Below are positions 17,208-26,108 of a stretch of DNA of 64,000 nucleotides, piece after piece. The DNA is taken from positions 1-64,000 of the IMG/VR virus record IMGVR_UViG_3300014205_000212. The stretch is one strand, 5' to 3'. The stretch's first letter is position 1. Each line of letters starts with the position of its first letter. The notes under the pieces were generated by a model. That model saw only the letters and a program-made list of their open reading frames with translations, was not told where the DNA came from and searched no databases. A program made the translations under genes and the position numbers. This DNA is from a virus (Duplodnaviria > Caudoviricetes).

Positions 17208-17813
17208 ATGAAATCATGGAAAGAACCTACAAAAGAAAGATGGGGAATGGATTATCGTCCCGGAATTACAGAAGAATTTTCACAACTAATTAAATTAGCT
17301 AAAGAAAAGATTGAGCCATTTTCATATAAAGAAATTTCAAGATATACTTATTACTTTAAAGTAAAAGGTGAGGAAATTTCGAGTGAATTTGATTGCTGCG
17401 ATGATGAAAAATGTATCAAAGAAGCCAAAAAAGCTATAAGAAAACAATACGGGAAAAATACGCATATTGAAGAATGTTATTCGGATAATGACGAAGACCA
17501 TGAGAGTATTGAAATATGTAGTATTTGTGGAAAACCTATGAATGAATATCTTACTTGGTGTAATTCAGAATTAGAGTACTTAGAAGAAAATAAACCTTGG
17601 GACGCTCAATTTTTAGCTGATGAAGGTTTTGTAATTGGCGTTATTTTAGATAGTACTCCAACTATGGATTGTAATATTTCAGATTATGCAAAATATCAAA
17701 AAGGCGAAACACTTCAAAAGGCATTACAATCAAGAGAAGAATTTTTTCAAAGAATCGGTAAATTAGCTCAATCAGTAATTGATGCAGACTTCGCTGTCTT
17801 AAATGGACGGTAA
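17208..17813 (+). CDS. Cassette hypothetical protein (acidic, Cys motifs)
   Basis: 201 aa; stop is the TAA of TAAC. Confidence 0.8.
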   Translation: MKSWKEPTKERWGMDYRPGITEEFSQLIKLAKEKIEPFSYKEISRYTYYFKVKGEEISSEFDCCDDEKCIKEAKKAIRKQYGKNTHIEECYSDNDEDHESIEICSICGKPMNEYLTWCNSELEYLEENKPWDAQFLADEGFVIGVILDSTPTMDCNISDYAKYQKGETLQKALQSREEFFQRIGKLAQSVIDADFAVLNGR

Positions 17814-17934
17814 CGGTGAAGCTATGACCAGTAAAGGAATGCGGGCTTCGTGCCTGTCAAAATAGTAGAAACTTAATAGAAAATACAAAATGAAAATTAA
17901 CGCAGAAACCCCCAATTGCATAAACATATTGTTA
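17811..17934 (+). repeat. Chimeric attC-like site C1 (124 bp)
   Basis: Left arm shares 21 identical bp with B2; right arm CCCCCAATTGCATAAACATATTGTTA is not its complement. Confidence 0.75.
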
Positions 17935-18360
17935 TATGCTGCTTTTTCTTCTATTCCATTAGATATTGAAGGTTCAAATTTAGAAAATACTGGTTGGATT
18001 CCTTCCGAAAATGATAAAAAGTATATGGATGGAAAAAACTATTTACTTGCTATTGAAGAAGCTAATTCCAAAAATGCTAAAGTAATATTTAAAAATGTAT
18101 CTCTACAATGGGATAGTTGTGATTGCGGAGATTATTATGGTTGTTCGCATGGGAATTATGTTTATGATATTGACATAATAAATGAAAATAAAAAAATTAA
18201 CATAGAATATACCGATGGAGATTCTCTGGAATTTTATAACAATGGGAAGTCCTGTAAGATTCCAACAGCAGGAGCAACTATTTTTGATTTTATAAGAATG
18301 TGTCAAATTTGTGAAATTGAATTAGAGCTAACAGATTACGCAGAAACTCTTTTAAAGTAG
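17890..18360 (+). CDS. Cassette hypothetical protein (starts in the C1 loop)
   Basis: 156 aa, MKINAETPNCINILLYAA... Confidence 0.75.
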   Translation: MKINAETPNCINILLYAAFSSIPLDIEGSNLENTGWIPSENDKKYMDGKNYLLAIEEANSKNAKVIFKNVSLQWDSCDCGDYYGCSHGNYVYDIDIINENKKINIEYTDGDSLEFYNNGKSCKIPTAGATIFDFIRMCQICEIELELTDYAETLLK

Positions 18361-18393
18361 CATATAATTTATTTATATGTGCATAAAAAGTAA

Positions 18394-18401
18394 TACTTTT
18401 G
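18394..18401 (+). promoter_or_regulatory. Bacteroidota -7 promoter element
   Basis: TACTTTTG(CA) matches TAnnTTTG; no clear -33 TTTG. Confidence 0.4.
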
Positions 18402-18599
18402 CATACTAATCAATTGAAATATAGACTATTAAATAAAAGCATTAAATTAAGTAAAAACGAGTTGCATTACTTATATATTTTGAAATTTAAATACAAAATG
18501 AAAGTTAATCAATTTATCCGTGATGCTATCATCGAAAAATTAAAAAAAGATGTTCCAGTAATAAGAATAAATTTTAATAAAGAATATGAACCATTCTAA
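18399..18599 (+). CDS. Ribbon-helix-helix-like DNA-binding protein (start uncertain)
   Basis: KSIKLSKNELHYLYILK...KVNQFIRDAIIEKLKK. Confidence 0.5.
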   Translation: MHTNQLKYRLLNKSIKLSKNELHYLYILKFKYKMKVNQFIRDAIIEKLKKDVPVIRINFNKEYEPF

Positions 18600-18609
18600 C
18601 TTATACTAA

Positions 18610-18999
18610 ATGATAATAAAGATATGTTTAATAATATTATTTATTATGTGTAGTCTTTCTATTACTCATAATATGATAGTGTCTATTTATCCTGTTTATT
18701 TAAGTTTTAATGTTACTGTAACTATATATAATGCAGAATCAAATCAATGTGATGATACACCTCTTATTACAGCTTCTAATGATAAAATAAATGAAAATTC
18801 TATAAATTGGATAGCTTTATCTAGAGATTTAAAAAAAAATTGTAGATTTGATGATACAATAGAACTATTTATAAATGGTAGGTATAAAAAATATATAGTT
18901 AAAGACTTAATGAATAAGAGATGGACAAATAGAGTTGACATCTTAATTCATACTAAAAAACACTTTAAAGTAACTTCAGTTTTATATATAAAATTATAA
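18610..18999 (+). CDS. 3D-domain (double-psi barrel) putative lytic transglycosylase with N-terminal anchor
   Basis: VTVTIYN...QCDDTPLITAS...IALSRDL...VKDLMNKRWTNRVDIL. Confidence 0.75.
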   Translation: MIIKICLIILFIMCSLSITHNMIVSIYPVYLSFNVTVTIYNAESNQCDDTPLITASNDKINENSINWIALSRDLKKNCRFDDTIELFINGRYKKYIVKDLMNKRWTNRVDILIHTKKHFKVTSVLYIKL

Positions 19000-19180
19000 T
19001 TATGGAAACGTGGAAGATAATAACAATAATAATAGTAGTATCTATTATCTTTATTTTATGCTTTATGAAAGGTAAAAAAAGAGATGAAGAAGATTGATAT
19101 GATAATAACTTTATTTTTTTTAATAATATGTCTAATTATATTAGGCTTATATGCTAATGGAATATTAATAAATTAAAATT

Positions 19181-19381
19181 ATGGCATTAAATAAAATTAC
19201 GACAAAACCATCTAAACATAAGTTTTTTTATGTTGTTTTTAATATAAATGGAGATGTTATTGGAATAGCAGATTCTTTTGGTAAAGGATTATCTATTTAT
19301 GAACAACGGTATAATAATACACCTTCAGATTCTAGAAATAATATAATACCTTTTGAAATAAATAAATTTTATTATAAATAA
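19181..19381 (+). CDS. Hypothetical protein
   Basis: 66-aa ORF. Confidence 0.55.
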   Translation: MALNKITTKPSKHKFFYVVFNINGDVIGIADSFGKGLSIYEQRYNNTPSDSRNNIIPFEINKFYYK

Positions 19382-19540
19382 TAATTATGGTAATTAAATT
19401 ATTAGGAATATTATTTGTTATTATTTCTATATATATGATAAGTATTAGAATAAATTATAATGATTGGTTTGATACAATAGGATGGGTGTGTTCTTTTTTT
19501 TGGTGTGTTAATTCTACATTTTTACATAAATCTTAAAACA

Positions 19541-19843
19541 ATGAATTTTAATAGCTCAATTAGATGTATTTTACAAAAAGATAAAATAACACATCCTTTA
19601 TTTCCTAAAGAAATAAAATATATATATTTAAATAACAATAATTTAGTTAATTCTTTAGGAGAACAAATTAATATTAGTGATTATATATTTAATGATGATA
19701 ATTATCATATATATTATTCTGAAATACTAACTAAAGAAGATGAAATATTATTAGTAGCAGTATTTTGGGAATTATTTCGAATAAATTCTAAATATATAGA
19801 TAAATATACTAATTTAATTGATAAATTAAGAATTAAAAATTAA
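19541..19843 (+). CDS. Hypothetical protein
   Basis: 100 aa from ATG 19541. Confidence 0.6.
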   Translation: MNFNSSIRCILQKDKITHPLFPKEIKYIYLNNNNLVNSLGEQINISDYIFNDDNYHIYYSEILTKEDEILLVAVFWELFRINSKYIDKYTNLIDKLRIKN

Positions 19844-19847
19844 AATT

Positions 19848-20060
19848 ATGGTAACAGGAATATTAGATGAAGACTATCTCAATGAAGAGAGATTAAAGGA
19901 TCACATTAAAGAATTAGAAGAATATGATAAGATAAGAGAGGAAAGAAATAATGCTTTAGAATTATATTGTGTAGAATGTGATAAATATATTCCAAAAGAA
20001 AAAGTTATATGGAGAAATGATACTCCTTATTGTGAATGTGGTAATATATTAGAATTATGA
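19848..20060 (+). CDS. Small zinc-ribbon protein
   Basis: CVEC...CECG. Confidence 0.65.
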   Translation: MVTGILDEDYLNEERLKDHIKELEEYDKIREERNNALELYCVECDKYIPKEKVIWRNDTPYCECGNILEL

Positions 20061-20464
20061 TAGAAGAAGAAGCATTAGAAGAAATAATAAAGTTAGCAAA
20101 TGGTACATCAGACCCTGCTACAATAAAGGCTTATTATAAACAACAATTCTTTAATGGAAAGAAGATGCTATTTGATGGTACTATCATTACAGCACTACTT
20201 ATATTAGAAAAATACAAGGCTTACACAGATTATTGGGATTCTTCATTTGGAAATAAAAATCCTCAATATATAAAATCTGTAGATAAAAAAATGTCTATTT
20301 CTGATTTCTTAGTAAAAGGAGAATATAATAAAACATTTATTCTTCCGGCAAGAAATAGAGATATATATCTATTTGGTACTAATAGTCTTAATGAACTTAA
20401 AGTAAAATTAATTAATTTTAATAAAAGACTTAATGAAAGAAAGAACACTTCCCGAGGGAACTAA
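20057..20464 (+). CDS. Hypothetical protein upstream of the helicase
   Basis: 135-aa ORF overlapping both neighbours. Confidence 0.7.
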   Translation: MIEEEALEEIIKLANGTSDPATIKAYYKQQFFNGKKMLFDGTIITALLILEKYKAYTDYWDSSFGNKNPQYIKSVDKKMSISDFLVKGEYNKTFILPARNRDIYLFGTNSLNELKVKLINFNKRLNERKNTSRGN

Positions 20465-21815
20465 AATACCACCTCATGATTTAAGAATAGAAGAAACTAT
20501 ATTAGGTCAGTTAATGATAGAAGTAAATAAAAATACTATTAATGCTATTAGCATCATTAATGAAGATGATTTTTATAAAGAATCACATAAATTAATTTAT
20601 AGAACAATATCTTTATTATATAAACGAGATAATGTTTGTAATTTCATTATTGTATGTCATGAATTAATGAAGATTCAAGCATTAGAAATAGTAGGTGGTA
20701 GTTATATTATAAGTACTTTATCTTCTAATGTATCTTCTACTTTAAATGTTATTTATCATGCAAGAATTCTTAAACAGTTATCAATTGCTAGAAAATTAAT
20801 TGCTATTTCATATAATGTTCAAACTTCTGTATATGAAATGAAAGATGTAAAAGAGATAATAGATACTTTAAATAAAGACATTAATAATATCTATAAAGAT
20901 GTTGATAAAGAAGATTCTATTGTCTTAGCTTCTAAAGTATCTGATGAATTAATGAAAGATTTATTAAATGATAATTTTGTATTAAATAAAAAGAATACAG
21001 GATTTAAAATTTTAGATAAAATAATTGGTATTACATTAAATAAAATATTATTAGTTGCTGGTCCTGCAAAACATGGGAAAAGTAAGTTTATAAGTATGAT
21101 AATGATGAATATTTTAGAAAAATATTCTGATGTAAGTATATTTTGGATTACATTAGAAGATTCTGCTAAAGATATCATTGCCGGTTATATTGCTTCTAAA
21201 ATTTTAATTACTCCTAAAGACATCATTGAAAGAACATATTCTAAAGACTGTAATTCTATTATTAAACCTCATATAGAGAAGTTTAAAACCTTTGATATAG
21301 AATTCCAAGAAAAAAGTGCTAAAGTGTCTCAATTTGGCATTAAATTCATTGAATTCTGTAAAATGCGAAAAGGAAGATTTAATATTTTAATAATTGATAA
21401 TATGCTTTCATTATCTGATAAAGATGATTTTAAAGGTAATGATAATGGAATGTATGATTATATTATGCTTCAGTTATTAAATATTAAACAAAGGACTAAT
21501 GCTTTAATAATTCCTATTCATCATTATAGAGATGCTCAACAAGCAGAAGGAAAGATAGAAAGTGCATATAGACCAAGATTAATAGACATGAAAGGAACAG
21601 AAGCTTTTAGAAGAGTTCCTAATCAAGTATTACTATTAAATAATCCGGGAAAATATAAAGATTTAGTTATAGAATATAAAGGTCATAAAGACTTACTAAA
21701 GAGTATCTTTATATGTGATACTGGTGCTAATAGGAATGCTTCCGATGATGATGATAGTGCTTTAATAAGATTCTTTCACACACTAGAATTTAATATTTTT
21801 GAAGAAATAAATTAA
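20433..21815 (+). CDS. dnaB: DnaB-like replicative helicase
   Basis: N-terminal PPHDLRIEETILGQLM...EDDFYKESHKLIY, Walker A AGPAKHGKS, LIIDN, RPRLIDMKGT. Confidence 0.9.
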   Translation: MKERTLPEGTKIPPHDLRIEETILGQLMIEVNKNTINAISIINEDDFYKESHKLIYRTISLLYKRDNVCNFIIVCHELMKIQALEIVGGSYIISTLSSNVSSTLNVIYHARILKQLSIARKLIAISYNVQTSVYEMKDVKEIIDTLNKDINNIYKDVDKEDSIVLASKVSDELMKDLLNDNFVLNKKNTGFKILDKIIGITLNKILLVAGPAKHGKSKFISMIMMNILEKYSDVSIFWITLEDSAKDIIAGYIASKILITPKDIIERTYSKDCNSIIKPHIEKFKTFDIEFQEKSAKVSQFGIKFIEFCKMRKGRFNILIIDNMLSLSDKDDFKGNDNGMYDYIMLQLLNIKQRTNALIIPIHHYRDAQQAEGKIESAYRPRLIDMKGTEAFRRVPNQVLLLNNPGKYKDLVIEYKGHKDLLKSIFICDTGANRNASDDDDSALIRFFHTLEFNIFEEIN

Positions 21816-21839
21816 CGGTGAGCGTATGAAATCGTGTTA
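21813..21839 (+). repeat. Collapsed attC-like site D0 (27 bp)
   Basis: TAACGGTGAGCGTATGAAATC-GT-GTTA: left arm start joined to the last bases of a right arm. Confidence 0.7.
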
Positions 21840-21882
21840 GTTGCAGCCTTTTATTTAGTAATTAATTTTTAAAAACAAAAAT

Positions 21883-22230
21883 ATGAAAGTAACATTAAAC
21901 ATTGAAAACGATGCCGAAATGAGAGCATACGTTAAAGATTGCATTAAAGGACAAGTATTGTCAATTGTTCGTGAAGAAATGCAAGAAATGATTAAAGAAG
22001 AGTTGAACCGAAAAATAAAAGGGTTGAACGATTCCAATTTTCAGCGGATATTTACAGATGCGATGGTGAAGAATGTAAAAGACATTTTACAAGCAAATCA
22101 CAATGTGAAAAGCTGGGATAATAATTGGATTAAACCTATTATAGCTTCTTTAATGGAGCAATATGTAAAGCAAAACGAATCGTTAATTAATCAACTTGCA
22201 AAAGAGAAGGTTAAGTTGCTGGTTGGTTAG
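21883..22230 (+). CDS. Cassette hypothetical protein
   Basis: 115 aa filling body 21836-22242. Confidence 0.75.
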   Translation: MKVTLNIENDAEMRAYVKDCIKGQVLSIVREEMQEMIKEELNRKIKGLNDSNFQRIFTDAMVKNVKDILQANHNVKSWDNNWIKPIIASLMEQYVKQNESLINQLAKEKVKLLVG

Positions 22231-22238
22231 GTTGCAAC

Positions 22239-22444
22239 TAACGGCTGCGGGTGTGACATCGGTTTTTTTGCGGATTAACAACTAAAATTTAAAAATATGG
22301 TACAGATAGTAGAACAGACAAAGGAAGAAAAAATGGCAATGTATATGAAATTGTCTAAGAAGCAAATAGCAGAAATGCTTATTAATTGCAATAACATTAT
22401 AACAGCACTAACGCAAGCAAAAAACTGTGTTATACCTGCTGTTA
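22239..22444 (+). repeat. attC-like hairpin D1 (206 bp; loop encodes ~40 codons)
   Basis: GCGGGTGTGACATCGGTTTTTT/AAAAAACTGTGTTATACCTGC; 4 G.T. Confidence 0.85.
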
Positions 22445-22542
22445 TGGGTGAGTTAACTTGCGATAGTTGCGGTTGCCATCCAAATACAATATATCAAACA
22501 AGCAAGGGTCGGTTTTGTGAACGGTGCAATCCAGCAAGTTAA
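22297..22542 (+). CDS. Cassette zinc-finger-like protein (starts in the D1 loop)
   Basis: 81 aa; CDSC...CERC. Confidence 0.7.
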   Translation: MVQIVEQTKEEKMAMYMKLSKKQIAEMLINCNNIITALTQAKNCVIPAVMGELTCDSCGCHPNTIYQTSKGRFCERCNPAS

Positions 22543-22549
22543 TTACCCA

Positions 22550-22671
22550 TAATGGCTGCGGGTTTGAAATGTAAGGGATTTCAGAACGCTTCCGTATCAC
22601 ACGAGATAAATTAACTTAGTAGTAACCAGCTTTACAACAGATAAAACCCTTATATTTTAAACCCGTTGTTA
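22550..22671 (+). repeat. attC-like hairpin D2 (122 bp; TAAT variant)
   Basis: CGGGTTTGAAATGTAAGGG/CCCTTATATTTTAAACCCG; 2 G.T. Confidence 0.88.
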
Positions 22672-22689
22672 GGCACAGTACGGTAAATT

Positions 22690-22854
22690 ATGATACAATA
22701 TAAAACGAAGCAATTAATTCAAGTTCCTTGTAAAAATAAACTTACAGGTAGCATTGAAACATTTGAGATAATGGCTTATGATTTTTCAGATGCTAAAAAG
22801 GAACTTGAATGGGTTTTAGATTTACGATGGATAATTGGTTATGGTTCAATGTAG
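22690..22854 (+). CDS. Cassette hypothetical protein (54 aa)
   Basis: Below the track cut-off; MIQYKTKQLIQVPCKNK...GYGSM; fills body 22668-22867. Confidence 0.65.
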   Translation: MIQYKTKQLIQVPCKNKLTGSIETFEIMAYDFSDAKKELEWVLDLRWIIGYGSM

Positions 22855-22863
22855 TATTGTGCC

Positions 22864-22988
22864 TAACGGTTCGTGTATGACCCGTTTGGGATTAAATAGT
22901 ACAAACTTTCAAAATGGAACAAATGAATATAAATGACTTAGACTTTCAGCAAACTACCGAACCCCAAATGGGTTATGACACGGTGTTA
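22864..22988 (+). repeat. attC-like hairpin D3 (125 bp) containing a start codon
   Basis: CGTGTATGACCCGTTTGGG/CCCAAATGGGTTATGACACG; one bulged G on the 3' arm. Confidence 0.88.
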
Positions 22989-23156
22989 TCGGCAGGTATT
23001 TGTGATACTTGTTCTATTCCTAAAATGATGAATACAGGCGATGGTATAAATGAACCATCTGACCCTATTCTTTATTGTCATAAAATGAAACGTGAAATAT
23101 GTCCAGAACCACCAGAGGATAGGATGGTCGAATGTCGGTTTTATACTTGCCGATAA
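22914..23156 (+). CDS. Cassette Cys-rich protein (starts in the D3 loop; stop is the TAA of TAAC)
   Basis: 80 aa; CDTC...C...C...C. Confidence 0.7.
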   Translation: MEQMNINDLDFQQTTEPQMGYDTVLSAGICDTCSIPKMMNTGDGINEPSDPILYCHKMKREICPEPPEDRMVECRFYTCR

Positions 23157-23190
23157 CTCGTTTATATGTATAGTTCAAAAAAATGAAGTA
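23154..23190 (-). other. attI-like array-terminal site T2
   Basis: + strand TAACTCGTTTATATGTATAGTTCAAAAAAATGAAGTA; partial inverted partner at 23242-23258. Confidence 0.75.
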
Positions 23191-23302
23191 GTCTATATAT
23201 TAAATAGTTATATGTTTTATTGTATTCATTTTATATAATTATACTTCAATTTATTGAAATAATAGTAAATTAATAAATAATAGTAAACTAATAAATAATA
23301 AA

Positions 23303-23671
23303 ATGAAATATAAAGATTATGAAGGATTTACAAAAACATATGTTATTGTTTATGTAACAGGAACAGGATGTATGGAAGATAATTTTATTGACCATGATGT
23401 TGTTTTTGAAACAGACAACAAAGATGAAGCAGAATCAAAAGCAAATGAGTTAAAAATACACAATAACTCACCTGCTGATATAGAATCAACCTGGTATAGA
23501 AATAGATACCATGTAAATATTAATACACTTTCAGAAATGGGTAAAAAATTACTTGAAGAGTTTCGAAATGATTTTAATAAAACATTACAAAAAGGTTTAA
23601 AAGAAGGTATATATGATAAAGTTGAAGTTGACGATATAACTTTTTATATGGATAATAGACGTAAATTTTAA
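23303..23671 (+). CDS. Hypothetical protein
   Basis: 122-aa ORF. Confidence 0.7.
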   Translation: MKYKDYEGFTKTYVIVYVTGTGCMEDNFIDHDVVFETDNKDEAESKANELKIHNNSPADIESTWYRNRYHVNINTLSEMGKKLLEEFRNDFNKTLQKGLKEGIYDKVEVDDITFYMDNRRKF

Positions 23672-23689
23672 TAACTAATAAATAATAAT

Positions 23690-25132
23690 ATGGAAATAAT
23701 AATTGAAATACAAAATTTAGGATTACTTAAAGATTTTAAAGCAGAATTTAAGTCAGGTAATCTCTATTACATACAAGGAAGTAATGGACAAGGTAAGACA
23801 ACTCTTTTAAAGGCTATAGAGACATTATCTACAGGTATAGTACCTAAAGGAGATAACTTAACTAAAGGAGAGACTAATGGGTCTGTAAAAGGAACATATG
23901 AACTTGATGGTGCTAATGGTGTTAAATATAAAGTTATATGGAACCTTACAGAAAAAACTAACACATTTACAATAATAGATCCTTCAACTAATGTTCTTAA
24001 ATCTACTTCAAGAAATAATGTTATAGCAGATATTTTTAAATATAATTCTTTTACTGTTGATGAATGGTTTGCTTGGGGATTAACTGCTGAAGGAAGAAGA
24101 AAGCAATGTGATATATTATTAAATTTATTACCGGAAGAAGCTAAACAAGAATATTTAAAAATAGATTCGGAGATAAATGAACAAGTAGGAACTCTTTATA
24201 TTAAAAGAACTACAGAAAATAAAGAATATGATAAGATTAAAGCTGTAGTAGATTCTAATAAATTATCAGAAGATGAAGAGAAATTATTATTAGAAAAAGA
24301 TAAAATAAATAAAGATTCCGAAGAAATAAATAAAAAATATGAATCAGCTTTATCTAATGATAGAACTACTTTAGAAACAGAACTATCTACATTAAAAGAA
24401 AGTCAAGAGACTAAATTATCTCAGAAGAATAAAGATATTCTATCTGAAGATACATCAATATTAGAACAACAAACTTTAATTAAAGAATATGAAGAGAAGA
24501 TAAAGACAGCTAATAAGAAGATTGAAGAATGTAATAATAAAAAGAAAATATCTATCGATATATTTAAATTAGATATAGCTAAAATAGCAAATAGAAAGAT
24601 AGAAATTGACGAAGCATTATCTAAACTTATTGTAGTAGATATAGAAACAATAAAAAAAGAAAAATCAGAAATAGATACTAAGATAACTAATATTACTTTA
24701 GCAGAAAATAAGAAGAATAATAATATTACTAATAATAAGAATCTGCAAACTAAATTTGATATTATAGAAGATCTAAATAAAACTATAGAAGATAAAAGAA
24801 AGAGGAAGAAAACTATCATCGAAGAAAATAAACTTCCTTCTGATTTGATTATCATAGAAAATGGAGAGGTGTTTTATAAAGTTAAAGATGGTAAAGTTCC
24901 ATTTATAGAATCTAATGTATCTTATTCAGAAGGAGGAATGATAGTTGCTAATTTGATGGCTAAAATCAATAAAACATTACCTATATGGTTAATAGGTAAA
25001 GCAAGTGAATATGATAATGATAGAATAAAAGAATTTGTTAAACTTGCTAAAGATAATAATGGAATTATTATCGCTGATAGAGTTATTGAAGAAGCAAACA
25101 CACCATTGACTATTAAATGTATTGAAAATTAA
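23690..25132 (+). CDS. SMC/Rad50-like ATPase with long coiled coil
   Basis: IEIQNLG..., Walker A GSNGQGKTT, central coiled coil, C-terminal YSEGG signature-like segment. Confidence 0.8.
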   Translation: MEIIIEIQNLGLLKDFKAEFKSGNLYYIQGSNGQGKTTLLKAIETLSTGIVPKGDNLTKGETNGSVKGTYELDGANGVKYKVIWNLTEKTNTFTIIDPSTNVLKSTSRNNVIADIFKYNSFTVDEWFAWGLTAEGRRKQCDILLNLLPEEAKQEYLKIDSEINEQVGTLYIKRTTENKEYDKIKAVVDSNKLSEDEEKLLLEKDKINKDSEEINKKYESALSNDRTTLETELSTLKESQETKLSQKNKDILSEDTSILEQQTLIKEYEEKIKTANKKIEECNNKKKISIDIFKLDIAKIANRKIEIDEALSKLIVVDIETIKKEKSEIDTKITNITLAENKKNNNITNNKNLQTKFDIIEDLNKTIEDKRKRKKTIIEENKLPSDLIIIENGEVFYKVKDGKVPFIESNVSYSEGGMIVANLMAKINKTLPIWLIGKASEYDNDRIKEFVKLAKDNNGIIIADRVIEEANTPLTIKCIEN

Positions 25133-25156
25133 TTATTAACTTAAATAAATTAAATT

Positions 25157-25813
25157 ATGCCACTAGTTGATCAAAGTAGTAGAAACACCATCTACTTAAC
25201 ATTTAAAAATCTTAGAAAGCCTGATGAAGCACCTTATATAGAAGCTTATCATGGTCCGGAAAACATTACAAAGCATATGGCTATAGTAGGAGAACTAGTT
25301 AAAATTAATTTTGGAGAAGGAGAATATGAAAAAAAGAAATTTCCAACTGTTGAATTAATATTAAAAGATGAAGATACCACATATAAATTAAGATGTGGTA
25401 TGGGTAAATGGACAGGAATAATGAGAACATTACTTAATAGTCTATTATCTTTAGAATCTTACGATAATCTTAATATAGCAATATTTGGAAAGAAAGATGA
25501 ATGGAAGAATGTATCAGTAAAACAAAATGATGAAAAAGTAGATTGGTTCCTTTCTTTAGATGAACAAAAAGAATTTAAAGAAACAGTTACTTTTAAAGGA
25601 GAAACACAGACTGATTATACCAAGTTAGAAAATAAATTAAAAGAACTATGTGAAAGTAAGATTAATGCTATATTAAGCATTACACATAAAAATGAACCTA
25701 AACCTTCTGAATCTATTCCTAAATTAGATATTCCTAACGAAGAACATGAACAGAAAGAAAGTATATCTAATGATTTACCTGATTTTAATACTGAAGATGA
25801 ATTACCATTTTAA
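25157..25813 (+). CDS. Putative single-stranded DNA-binding protein
   Basis: Acidic C-terminal tail ending EDELPF; located in the recombination module. Confidence 0.6.
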   Translation: MPLVDQSSRNTIYLTFKNLRKPDEAPYIEAYHGPENITKHMAIVGELVKINFGEGEYEKKKFPTVELILKDEDTTYKLRCGMGKWTGIMRTLLNSLLSLESYDNLNIAIFGKKDEWKNVSVKQNDEKVDWFLSLDEQKEFKETVTFKGETQTDYTKLENKLKELCESKINAILSITHKNEPKPSESIPKLDIPNEEHEQKESISNDLPDFNTEDELPF

Positions 25814-25824
25814 ATAAATAAATT

Positions 25825-26106
25825 ATGAATTTTGATAACAGTTCAGCTCGCGAAGTGGCTATAGAATGTGCAATTACATTTGCTAAACATAAGAAGTTAA
25901 CACCTTCATTAGATGATATAATAAAAATAGCAGAAGTAGTATTTGTAAAGTGGATTAATCCACAATCTATAAAAGATTATAATATGCATAGAAATGCTGC
26001 ATTAAAAAGAGCATTGATGCATTTAGATATCTCTAAAGAACCTATTGAATCAACTAAAGACATTTTAGTCTTAGCAGATAAATATTGGGAATATATAACT
26101 AAATAG
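25825..26106 (+). CDS. Hypothetical protein
   Basis: 93 aa with an internal duplicated helix motif. Confidence 0.7.
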   Translation: MNFDNSSAREVAIECAITFAKHKKLTPSLDDIIKIAEVVFVKWINPQSIKDYNMHRNAALKRALMHLDISKEPIESTKDILVLADKYWEYITK

Positions 26107-26108
26107 AT

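Larger units (their letters stand above)
17157..18380 (+). mobile_element. Integron-like cassette array C (eroded)
   Basis: Bodies 17165-17814 (GTTACCG/CGGTAAC) and 17931-18368 (GTTATATGCT/AGCATATAAT); degenerate terminal site at 18365. Confidence 0.7.
21813..23190 (+). mobile_element. Integron-like cassette array D (4 cassettes) starting at the helicase stop codon and ending in T2
   Basis: Bodies 21836-22242, 22441-22553, 22668-22867 and 22985-23157 have complementary ends. Confidence 0.88.

Noticed and set aside
19494-19501. Phase-variable T8 tract fusing a small membrane ORF (19387) to 19541
   Set aside because: T8 runs are common in this AT-rich DNA and the downstream gene has its own ATG.
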